DNA of 64,000 bases from Patescibacteria group bacterium. Its GTDB lineage: Bacteria; Patescibacteriota; Patescibacteriia; Patescibacteriales; UBA12465. The translations under genes were made by a program, and so were the position numbers. Below, one piece after another: positions 17,693-26,973 of this stretch. Within the stretch, counting starts at the first letter, position 1. Each line of letters begins with the position of its first letter. Location: contig JAQUWT010000003.1 in NCBI GenBank assembly GCA_028692765.1, positions 3,590 to 67,589 on the forward strand, given 5' to 3'. The notes under the pieces are model-generated. The model did no database searches, was not told where the DNA came from, and saw only the letters and a list, made by a program, of their open reading frames with translations.

Positions 17693-18995
17693 AATATTTG
17701 AATTGGTTGCCTCTTTCTTTGTAGTTTTTAAAGATGCCGAAGCTGGCGCAGGCGGTAGACAGGAGGATGACATCGCCGGCTACAGAATTTTTTCTGGCCT
17801 CATTGACTGCTTCAGCCATATTGTTTGCCACACGGATATTTTTTTCTTTAAATCCCGCTTTTTTGACATCGGCTAGCAGGCGCGGGGTGGCGGCGCCTTG
17901 GAGCAAGATTAAAGCTTTTACTTTTTTGGCGATAAGCTTGGCCAAGGGTTTGAAGTTCGCTCCCTTGTCGGCTCCGCCGGCAATCAGGATAATCTGTTCC
18001 GTAAAAGATATCAAGTCGAGAGCGGTGCTTTCCGGGGTGGTGGAAAAGCTGTTGTCAAAATATTTCACGCCATTTTTTGTGCCTACAAATTCCAGGCGAT
18101 GTTTCAAATTTTTAAAAGTCTTGATCGCTGCTTTATAAATCGGCGCCGGTATCTTTAAAAATCGGCTCAAGGCGACGGCCGCGCCGATATTTTCTTGATT
18201 GTATATGCCTTGCAATCGCGAAGTCAGTTCCGAGGCTTCAAAATAAATTATTTTACCCGCCAGCTTTTCCTTTTCCAGTTTGGCTTGCAAATTATGGTTG
18301 GCTACCAGAAGTTTGTTTTCCGGATGCTTGGCGATTTTTAGTTTTGCCTGCCAATAGGCGGAGTAGGAATGATGGTAGTTGGGATTGAGGGGGTCGGCCG
18401 GGGACAGGTGTTCTTTAAAGATGTTGGTAATGATCGCATAGCGCGGCCCGAAACTTAAATCTTCCAATTGGAAGCTGGAAAGTTCCATTACCACCCAGTC
18501 GGATTTTTTAATTTTATCGAAAAAACTGAAGGGGGCGATGCCGATGTTGCCTCCCAGAAAAACTTTTTTGCCCGCTTTTTTTAAAATGGCGGCGATGATT
18601 GAGGCGGTCGTGCCTTTGCCTTTGCTGCCGGTAACGCCAATCGTATTTTTACTCGGGCAGGCGGCGAAAAAATATTCCATTGCACTGCTGAGCAGTACTC
18701 CTTTATTTAGAGCTTTTTGTATGCCCGGGCAGGATATAGGCCAGCCGGGGGAGCGGAATAGCACCTCGAAATCTTCCAAGTTTTGATTGAATTCTTGGCC
18801 GCAGCGCCAATTAAGACGGGGCAGGTATTTTTTTAACGGTGGATATTCTTGGATTAGCTCGGTTAATTGTGCTTCTTTTCTTTGGTCGCAGACGGTAATT
18901 TTGCCTTGGTAATTATGCTTAATAAGCCAGGCAAGAAAAGCCAGGTTTTCTTTGCCCAGTCCTAAGAGGGCGATATTTTGCGAATTGAGAAACAT
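17679..18995 (-). CDS. murD: UDP-N-acetylmuramoylalanine--D-glutamate ligase
   Basis: Mur ligase P-loop GVTGSKGKGTT with MurD-type N-terminal Rossmann domain and length. It starts 1 nt after the polA stop. Confidence 0.9.
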   Translation of the reverse strand: MFLNSQNIALLGLGKENLAFLAWLIKHNYQGKITVCDQRKEAQLTELIQEYPPLKKYLPRLNWRCGQEFNQNLEDFEVLFRSPGWPISCPGIQKALNKGVLLSSAMEYFFAACPSKNTIGVTGSKGKGTTASIIAAILKKAGKKVFLGGNIGIAPFSFFDKIKKSDWVVMELSSFQLEDLSFGPRYAIITNIFKEHLSPADPLNPNYHHSYSAYWQAKLKIAKHPENKLLVANHNLQAKLEKEKLAGKIIYFEASELTSRLQGIYNQENIGAAVALSRFLKIPAPIYKAAIKTFKNLKHRLEFVGTKNGVKYFDNSFSTTPESTALDLISFTEQIILIAGGADKGANFKPLAKLIAKKVKALILLQGAATPRLLADVKKAGFKEKNIRVANNMAEAVNEARKNSVAGDVILLSTACASFGIFKNYKERGNQFKYYAKK

Positions 18996-18996
18996 A

Positions 18997-21795
18997 TTAT
19001 TTTAATTCTCCCCAATTTTGGCCGCTGGCGGCTTCCACGATTACCGGCACGGACAAAGGTAGAGCCTCGGCCATCAGTTTTTTAAGAGGCTCGACGTGTT
19101 GTTTCAGCTTATCGCTTTTGATTTCAAAAATCAATTCGTCATGCACTTGGAGAAGGAGGCGGATTTCTTCTTTTTTATCCTTGATGTAATCGGCGATATC
19201 AAGCATGGCTTTCTTAATCATATCGGCGGCCGTTCCCTGAATGGGCATATTGATGGCCATGCGCTCGGCGGCGCGGCGCACTTGGGCAAAATCGGCGTTT
19301 AAGTCGGGGAGGGGGCGGCGGCGTCCGAAAAGAGTTTCCGCATAGCCTTTGTTCCTGGCATCGGCAATGAATTTATCCATCATCTTTTTTATGCCCGGGT
19401 ATACTTCCAGATAACGGTCGATGAAATCTTTGGCTTCGCCGTAGCTGATGCCCGCTCCCTGGCTGAGTCCGTGCGGGCCTTGGCCGTAGAGGATGCCGAA
19501 ATTAACCGCTTTAGCGGCGCGGCGCATCTCTTTGCTTACATCTTTCAAGTCGACGCCGTTGACGGCGGCGGCAGTGGCGATATGGATGTCCTCATTGTTT
19601 TTAAACGCCGCCATCATTTTTTTGTCTTGCGACAGGTGGGCCGCCAAGCGCAGCTCGATTTGGGAGTAATCAAGGCTGAGCAGAGAATAGCCCTCAGCGG
19701 CCACGAAAGCGGCTCTTATTTCCAGGCCTTCTTCGGTGCGGGTGGGGATGTTTTGCAAGTTAGGATCGGTGGAAGAGAGGCGGCCGGTGGCGGCGACGCT
19801 TTGGTTATAGCTGGTATGGATGCGGCCGTCTTTAGTGTTAATCATGCCGGGCAAAGCCAAAACATAAGTGTTCTGCAGCTTGCTTAGCTCCCGATATTCC
19901 TGAATTAAGGCGATAATTTCGTGCTGGCCGCTTAATTTTTCCAATTCGTCGTCAGCAGTCGAGATGCCGGTTTTGGTTTTTTTAAGGCCGCGGCTGTCCA
20001 GTTGCAAATTATCGAACAGGATATGCTGCAGCTGTTTGGGAGAGTTGAGGTTGAATTCTTCTTGGCCGAGTCGGTAGGCTTCTTTGGTGAGAATGCTCAA
20101 ACGTTTTTCCAATTTTTTCGATAATTGATTTAGGGGCTTAGGGTCTAGCTTAATGCCATTTTCCTCCATGTCTCCCAAGACGGTAATCAGAGGCAATTCT
20201 AAATTGGTAAATAGTTTATCTAATTTTTCTTTTTTTAATTTTTTGCCGAGGACTGTTTGTAGCTGCCAAGCGCAGTCGGCGTCTTCGCCGGCATATTGCG
20301 CCATTTTTTCCGGTTGCACTTGGGAGAAAGCGATGGCGTCCTTGCCTTTGCCAATCAGCTCTTCGGTGCTTATTTTTTCCCAAGCCAATTCGCGGAAAGA
20401 AACGCCGTCCAGGCCGTGTTGGCGGTTGTCGGGATTTAATAAATATGAAGCCAAGAGGCTGTCAAAGGCGATTCCTTGGAGATTAATCCCTTGGTTTTTT
20501 AAAATGCGCCAATCGAATTTCAGGTTGTGTCCGTATTTTTGAATTTTTCTGTCTTCCAAGATTGTTTGTAATCGCTTTAGCCAGTCATGGCCGGCTTCTT
20601 CTTGCCGGTAATTGAATAAGTCGGCCTTGGCCGCAGTCTTAGCGCCGAGGTGGAGGTAATAGGCTTCGCCAGCTTGCCAGGAGAAAGAGAGACCCAGGAG
20701 CTGGGCCTTAAGCGGATTAAGCCCTTCCGTTTCGGTGTCAATGGCAAAAGCGCTCTGCTTCTGCAATTTTTTAAAGAAAGCGTTAAAGCTGTTATCATCG
20801 CTAATCAGCTGATATTTTTTTTCGGTTTGATTGCGGGCAAATTTATCTTGATACTCCGCCTGCCGCTTGTCTTCCGCTTCTTCTTTGCCGGCGGTGCCGA
20901 GATTTTTTATCTGTTTTAATTTGCTCAGCAGGGAACGGAATTCTAGTTTTTGGAAAACGGCTTCCGCTTCGTTTTCATCAAAGGAATCCAGTTTGAAACT
21001 GTCCCATCGGATTTTTATCGGGACTTCGCGGTTAATCGTAGCCAAGCGCTGGCTGAGATAGGCATTGTCTTTATCCTGCAGCAATAATTCTCTGGTGCGC
21101 GCTTTTATTTTTTCATTATTTTTTTCCGCCGCTTGATAGATGCCGTCGAGCGTAGTAAAAGCCTGCAATAATTCGGTCGCGCTTTTTTCGCCGATGCCTT
21201 TGACTCCGGGGATATTATCACTGGCGTCGCCGCGCAAAGCTTTGTAGTCGACGATTTGGTCGGGACGGAGCCCGTAGCGGGCTTTTACTTCCTCGGCGCC
21301 GTAAAGAACGCTATCACTTAGGCCGTGGCTCATCGTATAGACGCTGGTGCGGTCGCTGATAAGCTGGAGGGTATCCATATCGCCGGTAATGATGATGTTC
21401 TGCCAGTCGGTTTCTTTTTCCGATTCTTTGGTGATGGTGCCGATGAGGTCGTCGGCTTCAAAGCCGTCTTTTTCAAAGATAGGGATATCAAGGGCTTGAG
21501 CTACCTCTTTGACTAAAGGAATTTGCTCATAAAGTTCATCCGGCGCTTTGGTGCGCGTGGCTTTATATTCAACATATTCTTCGTGTCGGAAAGTGGGAGC
21601 GGGCCGGTCGAGAGTGAGAACGACAAATTCCGGCTTTAGTTCTATAAAGGCTTTAAGGATAAAATTAGTGAAGCCGTAGACGGCATTAACCAAGAGGCCG
21701 TCTTTGGTGGTCAGAGTGGGAGGGATGGCGTGGAAACTGCGGTGAATTAAAGCATTGCCATCGATAATGATGAATTTTGGGGCATTTTTTTTCAT
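18997..21795 (-). CDS. polA: DNA polymerase I
   Basis: 5' nuclease domain (IIIDGNALIHRSFHA), a central 3'-5' exo-like domain, and Pol A motifs DYSQIELRLAAH, RRAAKAVNFGILYG and QVHDELIFE. Confidence 0.97.
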   Translation of the reverse strand: MKKNAPKFIIIDGNALIHRSFHAIPPTLTTKDGLLVNAVYGFTNFILKAFIELKPEFVVLTLDRPAPTFRHEEYVEYKATRTKAPDELYEQIPLVKEVAQALDIPIFEKDGFEADDLIGTITKESEKETDWQNIIITGDMDTLQLISDRTSVYTMSHGLSDSVLYGAEEVKARYGLRPDQIVDYKALRGDASDNIPGVKGIGEKSATELLQAFTTLDGIYQAAEKNNEKIKARTRELLLQDKDNAYLSQRLATINREVPIKIRWDSFKLDSFDENEAEAVFQKLEFRSLLSKLKQIKNLGTAGKEEAEDKRQAEYQDKFARNQTEKKYQLISDDNSFNAFFKKLQKQSAFAIDTETEGLNPLKAQLLGLSFSWQAGEAYYLHLGAKTAAKADLFNYRQEEAGHDWLKRLQTILEDRKIQKYGHNLKFDWRILKNQGINLQGIAFDSLLASYLLNPDNRQHGLDGVSFRELAWEKISTEELIGKGKDAIAFSQVQPEKMAQYAGEDADCAWQLQTVLGKKLKKEKLDKLFTNLELPLITVLGDMEENGIKLDPKPLNQLSKKLEKRLSILTKEAYRLGQEEFNLNSPKQLQHILFDNLQLDSRGLKKTKTGISTADDELEKLSGQHEIIALIQEYRELSKLQNTYVLALPGMINTKDGRIHTSYNQSVAATGRLSSTDPNLQNIPTRTEEGLEIRAAFVAAEGYSLLSLDYSQIELRLAAHLSQDKKMMAAFKNNEDIHIATAAAVNGVDLKDVSKEMRRAAKAVNFGILYGQGPHGLSQGAGISYGEAKDFIDRYLEVYPGIKKMMDKFIADARNKGYAETLFGRRRPLPDLNADFAQVRRAAERMAINMPIQGTAADMIKKAMLDIADYIKDKKEEIRLLLQVHDELIFEIKSDKLKQHVEPLKKLMAEALPLSVPVIVEAASGQNWGELK

Positions 21796-21846
21796 GTTTA
21801 TATTTTAGCACGGGCGACAGCGGATAGGCAAAGGTTGATTTTTGTA

Positions 21847-21878
21847 TAAAAAAAGCGCCTAACCTATTGTTAGACGCT
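21847..21878 (-). terminator. Intrinsic terminator (minus strand) ending an orphan unit upstream of polA
   Basis: The minus strand reads AGCGTCTAAC aatag GTTAGGCGCT followed by T7. It lies between the 70-aa ORF / structured region and the polA start. Confidence 0.7.
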
Positions 21879-21897
21879 AAGAACTTTTTTCTTGGTA

Positions 21898-22110
21898 CTA
21901 GGGTGGCTTGTCTGGAAAAGCAAACCTTTTTTGTTTAGGGCAAGCTTGTCGGCAATTTATCGGGTTTTCCCGAAATAATATGCCGGTCAATCTGGTACCA
22001 AGACATGGAGGTGGGGGCACGATAGTTGGTTCCGGTAAAATAGCTATAAGCGCTAACATTAAAAAAATTCCAGAACCAGTGTAAGCTGAGATAACCAGTG
22101 TTGAGTCCAT
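21898..22110 (-). CDS. Possible small membrane protein (70 aa); may instead be a non-coding RNA region
   Basis: The ORF has one hydrophobic helix (GIFLMLALIAIL) and a Pro-rich segment. I see no clear SD. The region is highly self-complementary and has its own terminator. Confidence 0.3.
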   Translation of the reverse strand: MDSTLVISAYTGSGIFLMLALIAILPEPTIVPPPPCLGTRLTGILFRENPINCRQACPKQKRFAFPDKPP

Positions 22111-22236
22111 GTCATATTTTTAAGGTATGTTGATATATTATTACTATTTTTAAAAAAGTCAAGACTCATCATAACCGGTTTATTTAGCTTCTCCTATTTC
22201 GGTCTTTTTGATAGAATGTTTATATAAATAAAATAT

Positions 22237-23226
22237 ATGAAAAAAGTCGCTTTATTTTTTGGCGGTTTAGGCAATGAAGCTTCGGTCTCAATCGTCTCTG
22301 CCGCTAATGTCGCCGCCAATTTTAATCAGGATGAGCAGAAATTGGTTTTAATTTATTGGCATCGGGATGCTTATTTTTATCGTTTGGATAAAATAGCGCA
22401 AACAAAGAAGCCGCCTTTAAACCGGCGTTTGGCAATTAATGACTTTAAAAAATATTTTGATTCCGCTCTGCTTATGACTCACGGCCGCTATGGTGAAGAC
22501 GGAGTTTTGCAAGGTATTTTAGAGAGTCAGAAAATTCCTTATAGCGGTTGCGGTGTTCTCAGTTCGGCTTTATGCATGGATAAAGCGCTTTTTAAATTAT
22601 TGATGGCCGGTCAAAAAATTCCTCAAGTGCCCTTTTTTCTGCTTGATTATTCCCGGCACGGCCAAAAGGAGCAGGCAGAAATATTGTCTTTAGCTAAAAA
22701 GAGATTAAAATTGCCAGTTTATATTAAACCGGCCAATTCCGGGTCTTCTGTCGGTATTAGCCGGCTTGATGCTTGGTCTAAGTTGCCGGCGGCCTTGAAA
22801 GAAGCGCGGAAGCATGATTATAAAATAATTATTGAACAGGGCTTGGTTAAGCCGCGGGAAATTGAAGTGGCAGTTCTTGGTAATGATAAGTTAGAAATTT
22901 CCCGACCGGGAGAATTGCGCCTGCCTCAAGATTTTTATGATTTTGAGGAAAAATATAAGAATGGGCGCACGCAAATGTTGATTCCAGCTCCGCTTAATTC
23001 GTTACAAGCAAAGAAAATTATTAGCTTAGCCAGGCAAGCTTATCTGCTGGCGGATTGTCGCGGCTTTGCCCGCGTTGATTTTTTCTTGAGCAAGGGGAAA
23101 ATATATTTAAATGAGATTAATACCTTGCCTGGGTTTACCGATATTTCGATGTATCCTCAATTAATGATGGCCTCAGGCTATAGCTATTCTTCTCTGATTG
23201 ATAAGTTAATTAATTTAGCCGTTTAA
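22237..23226 (+). CDS. ddl: D-alanine--D-alanine ligase
   Basis: ATP-grasp layout, HGRYGEDGVLQGILE, KPANSGSSVGI and the EINTLPGFT C-terminal motif. Confidence 0.93.
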   Translation: MKKVALFFGGLGNEASVSIVSAANVAANFNQDEQKLVLIYWHRDAYFYRLDKIAQTKKPPLNRRLAINDFKKYFDSALLMTHGRYGEDGVLQGILESQKIPYSGCGVLSSALCMDKALFKLLMAGQKIPQVPFFLLDYSRHGQKEQAEILSLAKKRLKLPVYIKPANSGSSVGISRLDAWSKLPAALKEARKHDYKIIIEQGLVKPREIEVAVLGNDKLEISRPGELRLPQDFYDFEEKYKNGRTQMLIPAPLNSLQAKKIISLARQAYLLADCRGFARVDFFLSKGKIYLNEINTLPGFTDISMYPQLMMASGYSYSSLIDKLINLAV

Positions 23227-23235
23227 ATAAATTAC

Positions 23236-24228
23236 ATGATGTTCACTCTTTCCTTCATTTTTTTGGCTGCCGTTTTCTTCCTGATTCTTGGCAAGGGGGC
23301 GGATTTGTTAGTGGGCAATTTACGGGCGGTAGCCGATAGAACTAAAATTCATCCGGTGCTCTTGGGGACGATTTTAGGATTCCTCACTACGATACCCGAA
23401 TTTATGGTTGGTCTGAATGCTGTCCGCCAAGGAGTCCCGGCTATATCCTTGGGCAATATTTGGGGCGGCATCATTGTGATTTTTGGCTTGATTTTAGGCA
23501 TGTCGATTGTTTTGCAAAGAGAAATTAAGACCGATGGCCGTATATTGGTCATCCTTCCCAGTTTTATCTTTATAATTTTCTCTCTATTTCTGGGATTAAA
23601 AGGAGGCTTTCATTATTATGATGGTTTATTGCTGGTGGCTTTTTACTTAACTTTAATTTATCTCGATTATTTGTCGGGCAGCCATTATCAGGCTGACAGC
23701 GCGGTTGTCGAGCAGGCCGTAACCGAGCAGAAACCCCAGCCGGCTTGGCGGCGGCTTGAAGAAAAATTTTTATTTTGGCGCCGGGAGTTGCGCCGGGAAA
23801 TTTTATGGGCGCTTATCGGCTTATTTCTAGTATCGCTGTCTTCCTACGTAATTATGGAAATAGCCGATATTGCTCTTGGTATTTTTCCGATTGCTCCTTT
23901 TCTGGTCGGTTTGTTGGTGTTTGCTATCGGCACTAATCTGCCGGAGATAACGGTGATGTTGCGCTCCCTAAAGACCAAGAGTGGCGATTTATCTTTCGGC
24001 CATTTAGTTGGTTCGGCCGCCAGCAATATTTTAGTTTTAAGCTTGCTTACTTTTATTACCCCCATCCCTTTATCCTTGTCGTGGCGCTATTATGTGTTGA
24101 TACTTTTTGTCGTGATTATTTTGTCGGCCGTCAGTATTTTTTATGTTACGGGCAAGAAATTTCAACGCTGGGAGGGAATCATATTGATTTGTTTGTATTT
24201 GAGCTTTATTTTATATGAATTCTTATAA
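23236..24228 (+). CDS. Ca2+/Na+ antiporter family (CaCA, YrbG-like) membrane protein
   Basis: ~10 predicted TM helices with two alpha-repeat-like motifs (GTILGFLTTIPEF; AIGTNLPEI). Confidence 0.75.
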   Translation: MMFTLSFIFLAAVFFLILGKGADLLVGNLRAVADRTKIHPVLLGTILGFLTTIPEFMVGLNAVRQGVPAISLGNIWGGIIVIFGLILGMSIVLQREIKTDGRILVILPSFIFIIFSLFLGLKGGFHYYDGLLLVAFYLTLIYLDYLSGSHYQADSAVVEQAVTEQKPQPAWRRLEEKFLFWRRELRREILWALIGLFLVSLSSYVIMEIADIALGIFPIAPFLVGLLVFAIGTNLPEITVMLRSLKTKSGDLSFGHLVGSAASNILVLSLLTFITPIPLSLSWRYYVLILFVVIILSAVSIFYVTGKKFQRWEGIILICLYLSFILYEFL

Positions 24229-24251
24229 TTATTCTTGATAAATTTGTGTAT

Positions 24252-24283
24252 AAAAAAACTCCGTAAGTACGGAGTTTTTTTTA
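24252..24283. terminator. Hairpin flanked by A7/T8 runs after the CaCA gene
   Basis: aaaaaaACTCCGtaagtaCGGAGTtttttttt. It could also terminate the minus-strand tRNA-Ala transcript. Confidence 0.75.
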
Positions 24284-24287
24284 TTTG

Positions 24288-24360
24288 TGGACCCTACAGG
24301 ACTCGAACCTGCCACCCCCTGCTTGCAAAGCAGGTGCTCTACCAGATGAGCTAAGGGCCC
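24288..24360 (-). tRNA. tRNA-Ala (anticodon TGC)
   Basis: Acceptor GGGCCCT/AGGGTCC with the G3:T70 identity pair, anticodon stem CCTGC/GCAGG with loop TTTGCAA. No encoded CCA. Confidence 0.9.
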
Positions 24361-24409
24361 GCTTTCTTGATAAGGCTTAGTTTACCGAGATTATTGCGAC
24401 TAGTCAATA

Positions 24410-24652
24410 TTATTGTTGGGGAATAAGCGGGCTGAGCAGCCAGGTGAAGAAGTTGCTGCCGTTGCCGCTCATCAGGACTATGCCGATAAAAATGGCAATA
24501 ACGCCTAGGAGTTTATAGCCTAATCTGGAGCCGCCTTCGCTGCCCAGTTTGTCTTCAAACCAAGAAATACGGCCGAAATTCTGCAGAAACCACTCTGTTT
24601 TTATAATTAGGACCGCTCCCACGGCCAGTATGATGAGGCCAATAATAATCAT
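24410..24652 (-). CDS. Small membrane protein (2 TM helices)
   Basis: 80-aa ORF starting 4 nt after the M23 peptidase stop, with two clear hydrophobic helices. Confidence 0.5.
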   Translation of the reverse strand: MIIIGLIILAVGAVLIIKTEWFLQNFGRISWFEDKLGSEGGSRLGYKLLGVIAIFIGIVLMSGNGSNFFTWLLSPLIPQQ

Positions 24653-24656
24653 AATA

Positions 24657-25979
24657 TTATTTGATATAGTTTAAGGGATTATATCTGACGCCGTTGATAA
24701 CGACTTCAAAGTGGAGATGGGGGCCGGTGGAACGCCCGGTTGAACCCATTAAAGCGATTAATTGGCCCTTGGTCACTGTCTCTCCTTTTTTGACCAATAA
24801 TTTCGAGGCGTGGCCGTATCTAGTTTTTTTGCCGCCGCCGTGGTTGATAAGGATGGTATTGCCATAACCGCCATTGTAGCCCCCTTGGGATATTTCTACG
24901 ACGCCGTCATCGGCCGCGTAGATAGGCGTACCTACTTTATTGGCAATATCCAAGCCATTGTGCTGCCAGGAGAAATATTGAGTAATGCGGTGCCCTTCCG
25001 TCGGCCACAGCATCTTATTACTGCTGACAATCGGCTTGTCGGAGGAAATGATATCTTTAATCACGGCAATGCCGGAGTGGCTGCTTTGGGTGCCGGTGCT
25101 AGCGGTGGCACTACTGGTAGTTTTTTTCACGCCCGGGATAATAAGTTGTTGGCCGATGGCAATCGTGCCGGCTGCGCCTAAAGAGTTGCTAGCGATAATT
25201 TTTTCGGTGCTGACATCATAAGTCTGGGCAATCTTGCCGATAGTGTCGCCGCGGACAACTTTATATAAAAAGCCGTCGGTGGGTAGGATGGTCAACTTGT
25301 CTCCGGCTCTGATAATGCTGAAGGCGTTAAGATTATTGGCCCATAGAATGGTATTGACATTGAGGCTGAAGCGGCGGGCAATTGAACTGATAGTATCGCC
25401 TGCTCGGACTGTATAATCGGTAATTTCTTGTCGGGTGGCCGGTGTGTTATTTTCTGCAGGTTTATCTGTATTATTGTTAATAATTGTGATTTGTTTCGGT
25501 TTTGTCAGCATGTTGCCGGTATTTTTGGCTAGATTGATGTCTTCTTCGCTTATCGGGGACACGCTTTTAACGACGCTGACGGCGCCGCGTCCACCCAGAT
25601 ATTTTTCCGCGCCTAAGGCTTGCAGATTGCTATTTTGTGCCTTTTCTTCCACTAACTCATCATTATTTTGGCCAATATCGCTAAATTCATTCTTTACTAT
25701 TTCCGCCATCAAGCTTTTTGGCGCCTTGCCAACAGCCGCACTGGCTTGTTTCTTGTCGCTCAAATTTAAGATGATAGCGGCAATAATAAGGATAAGGGCG
25801 GTTAGGTGCAGAGATTTTTTATTGATTAATTCTCGCTTTGACTGTTGCCCCAAGTCATATTTTTTAACCCGGAAGATGAGGTAATATAGGCGGACAAAAG
25901 GGCGATAGAGCAGAAATTTTCCTAGCCAAAAAAACGGCTTGATGATAGTCGTTGCAGTCGCGGCAATCAGGTTTTTCAA
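24657..25979 (-). CDS. LysM-domain M23 family peptidoglycan endopeptidase
   Basis: N-terminal TM segments, two LysM repeats (YTVRAGDTISSIARRF, YKVVRGDTIGKIAQTY), and M23 motifs HNGLDI and GSTGRSTGPHLHFEV. The listed start is a TTG and is uncertain. Confidence 0.9.
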   Translation of the reverse strand: MKNLIAATATTIIKPFFWLGKFLLYRPFVRLYYLIFRVKKYDLGQQSKRELINKKSLHLTALILIIAAIILNLSDKKQASAAVGKAPKSLMAEIVKNEFSDIGQNNDELVEEKAQNSNLQALGAEKYLGGRGAVSVVKSVSPISEEDINLAKNTGNMLTKPKQITIINNNTDKPAENNTPATRQEITDYTVRAGDTISSIARRFSLNVNTILWANNLNAFSIIRAGDKLTILPTDGFLYKVVRGDTIGKIAQTYDVSTEKIIASNSLGAAGTIAIGQQLIIPGVKKTTSSATASTGTQSSHSGIAVIKDIISSDKPIVSSNKMLWPTEGHRITQYFSWQHNGLDIANKVGTPIYAADDGVVEISQGGYNGGYGNTILINHGGGKKTRYGHASKLLVKKGETVTKGQLIALMGSTGRSTGPHLHFEVVINGVRYNPLNYIK

Positions 25980-26111
25980 GCCGATAATCAGCTTGAGGCC
26001 AAAAAGCAGCGATTCGACCGCGATTTTTTTAAGTTTTAGGTTTTTCTTAAGGGCAATATTATTGGAAACTTAAGCTTTTTTATACTATCATCTTCGCTTG
26101 GTCCAGTCAAT

Positions 26112-26141
26112 TTGCTTTTCCTCTTTTTTATTTGTTATAAT
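26112..26141 (+). promoter_or_regulatory. Candidate promoter for gpmA (TTGCTT-18-TATAAT)
   Basis: Hexamers at 26112-26117 and 26136-26141, ~45 nt upstream of the ATG. Confidence 0.45.
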
Positions 26142-26184
26142 ATAAAAAATGGATATTCTTAGCTAATAATTTAGAGATATTTTT

Positions 26185-26922
26185 ATGTTAAAATTAGTAT
26201 TGCTGCGCCACGGCGAGAGCGTTTGGAACAAGAAAGGTCTTTTTACCGGCTGGACTGACGTTGATTTAAGCAGTCAGGGCTTGCTGGAGGCTGCTTCTGC
26301 TGGAAAAAAATTAAAAAAAGCCGGTTTTAGTTTTGACCTTGCCTATGTCTCTTTTTTGAAAAGAGCGATTAAAACTTTAAATATTGTGTTGGAAGAGATG
26401 GATTTATTATGGCTGCCGACTGTGAAAGACTGGCGTTTAAACGAGCGCCATTATGGCAATCTCCAGGGATTAAACAAACAACAGACGGCCAAGAAGTTCG
26501 GAGAAGAGCAGGTAAAAATTTGGCGGCGCAGCTATGATGTCCGGCCGCCGGAAATTGATAATAAAAATAAGTATAATCAGCAGAGGGATGGCCGTTATCA
26601 GAATATTAAGGTGCCTTCCGCCGAGAGTTTAAAGGATGTGGTTTTAAGAGTGGCTCCTTGGTGGAAAAAAGAAGCGTCGCCTTTACTGCGTCAAGGCAAG
26701 CAGCTGCTCGTGGCCGCCTCCGGTAATAGTTTGCGCGCTTTGGTGAAATATTTGGAAGATATGCCGGAAAATGAAATCGTTGAATTTAATATACCGACCG
26801 GCATCCCTTTGGTCTATGAGCTTGATAAAAATTTACGGCCGGTAAAGAGATATTATTTGGCCAGCGCTAAAGAATTAAGGGCCGCTACCGAGAAAGTTAA
26901 AAATCAGGGGAAGAAAAAATAA
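26185..26922 (+). CDS. gpmA: 2,3-bisphosphoglycerate-dependent phosphoglycerate mutase
   Basis: LVLLRHGESVWN (catalytic His), ERHYGNLQG and AASGNSLRAL. Confidence 0.95.
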   Translation: MLKLVLLRHGESVWNKKGLFTGWTDVDLSSQGLLEAASAGKKLKKAGFSFDLAYVSFLKRAIKTLNIVLEEMDLLWLPTVKDWRLNERHYGNLQGLNKQQTAKKFGEEQVKIWRRSYDVRPPEIDNKNKYNQQRDGRYQNIKVPSAESLKDVVLRVAPWWKKEASPLLRQGKQLLVAASGNSLRALVKYLEDMPENEIVEFNIPTGIPLVYELDKNLRPVKRYYLASAKELRAATEKVKNQGKKK

Positions 26923-26930
26923 AATTAAAT

Positions 26931-26963
26931 AAAAACCATCTTTCTAAGCGAAGATGGTTTTTT
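26931..26963. terminator. Bidirectional terminator between convergent gpmA and SIS-protein genes
   Basis: aaaaaCCATCTTtctaagcgAAGATGGtttttt. Confidence 0.75.
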
Positions 26964-26973
26964 GATATTTTAA

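Noticed and set aside
19471-19887. 138-aa plus-strand ORF inside polA, plus similar shadow ORFs in rpoB (42039-42413), recJ (56428-56814), the M23 peptidase (24810-25181, 25435-25884) and pnp (11972-12274).
   Set aside because: All are antisense to genes with strong conserved motifs, and none has a recognisable domain.
15906-21795. polA-murD-murI-holA tight block (1-nt gap, 14-nt overlap, ATGA overlap) considered as a functional replication/cell-wall system.
   Set aside because: The genes are individually ordinary housekeeping functions. The tight packing matches the genome-wide compaction seen throughout the window, so I do not treat it as a dedicated system.
21880-22135. Tried to assign the structured minus-strand region to SRP RNA, 6S RNA, tmRNA or RNase P RNA.
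   Set aside because: The hallmark motifs are absent: no SRP helix-8 GGAA/AGCA pattern, no RNase P GAGGAAAGUCC, and no tmRNA tRNA-like ends. It stays an unclassified candidate.
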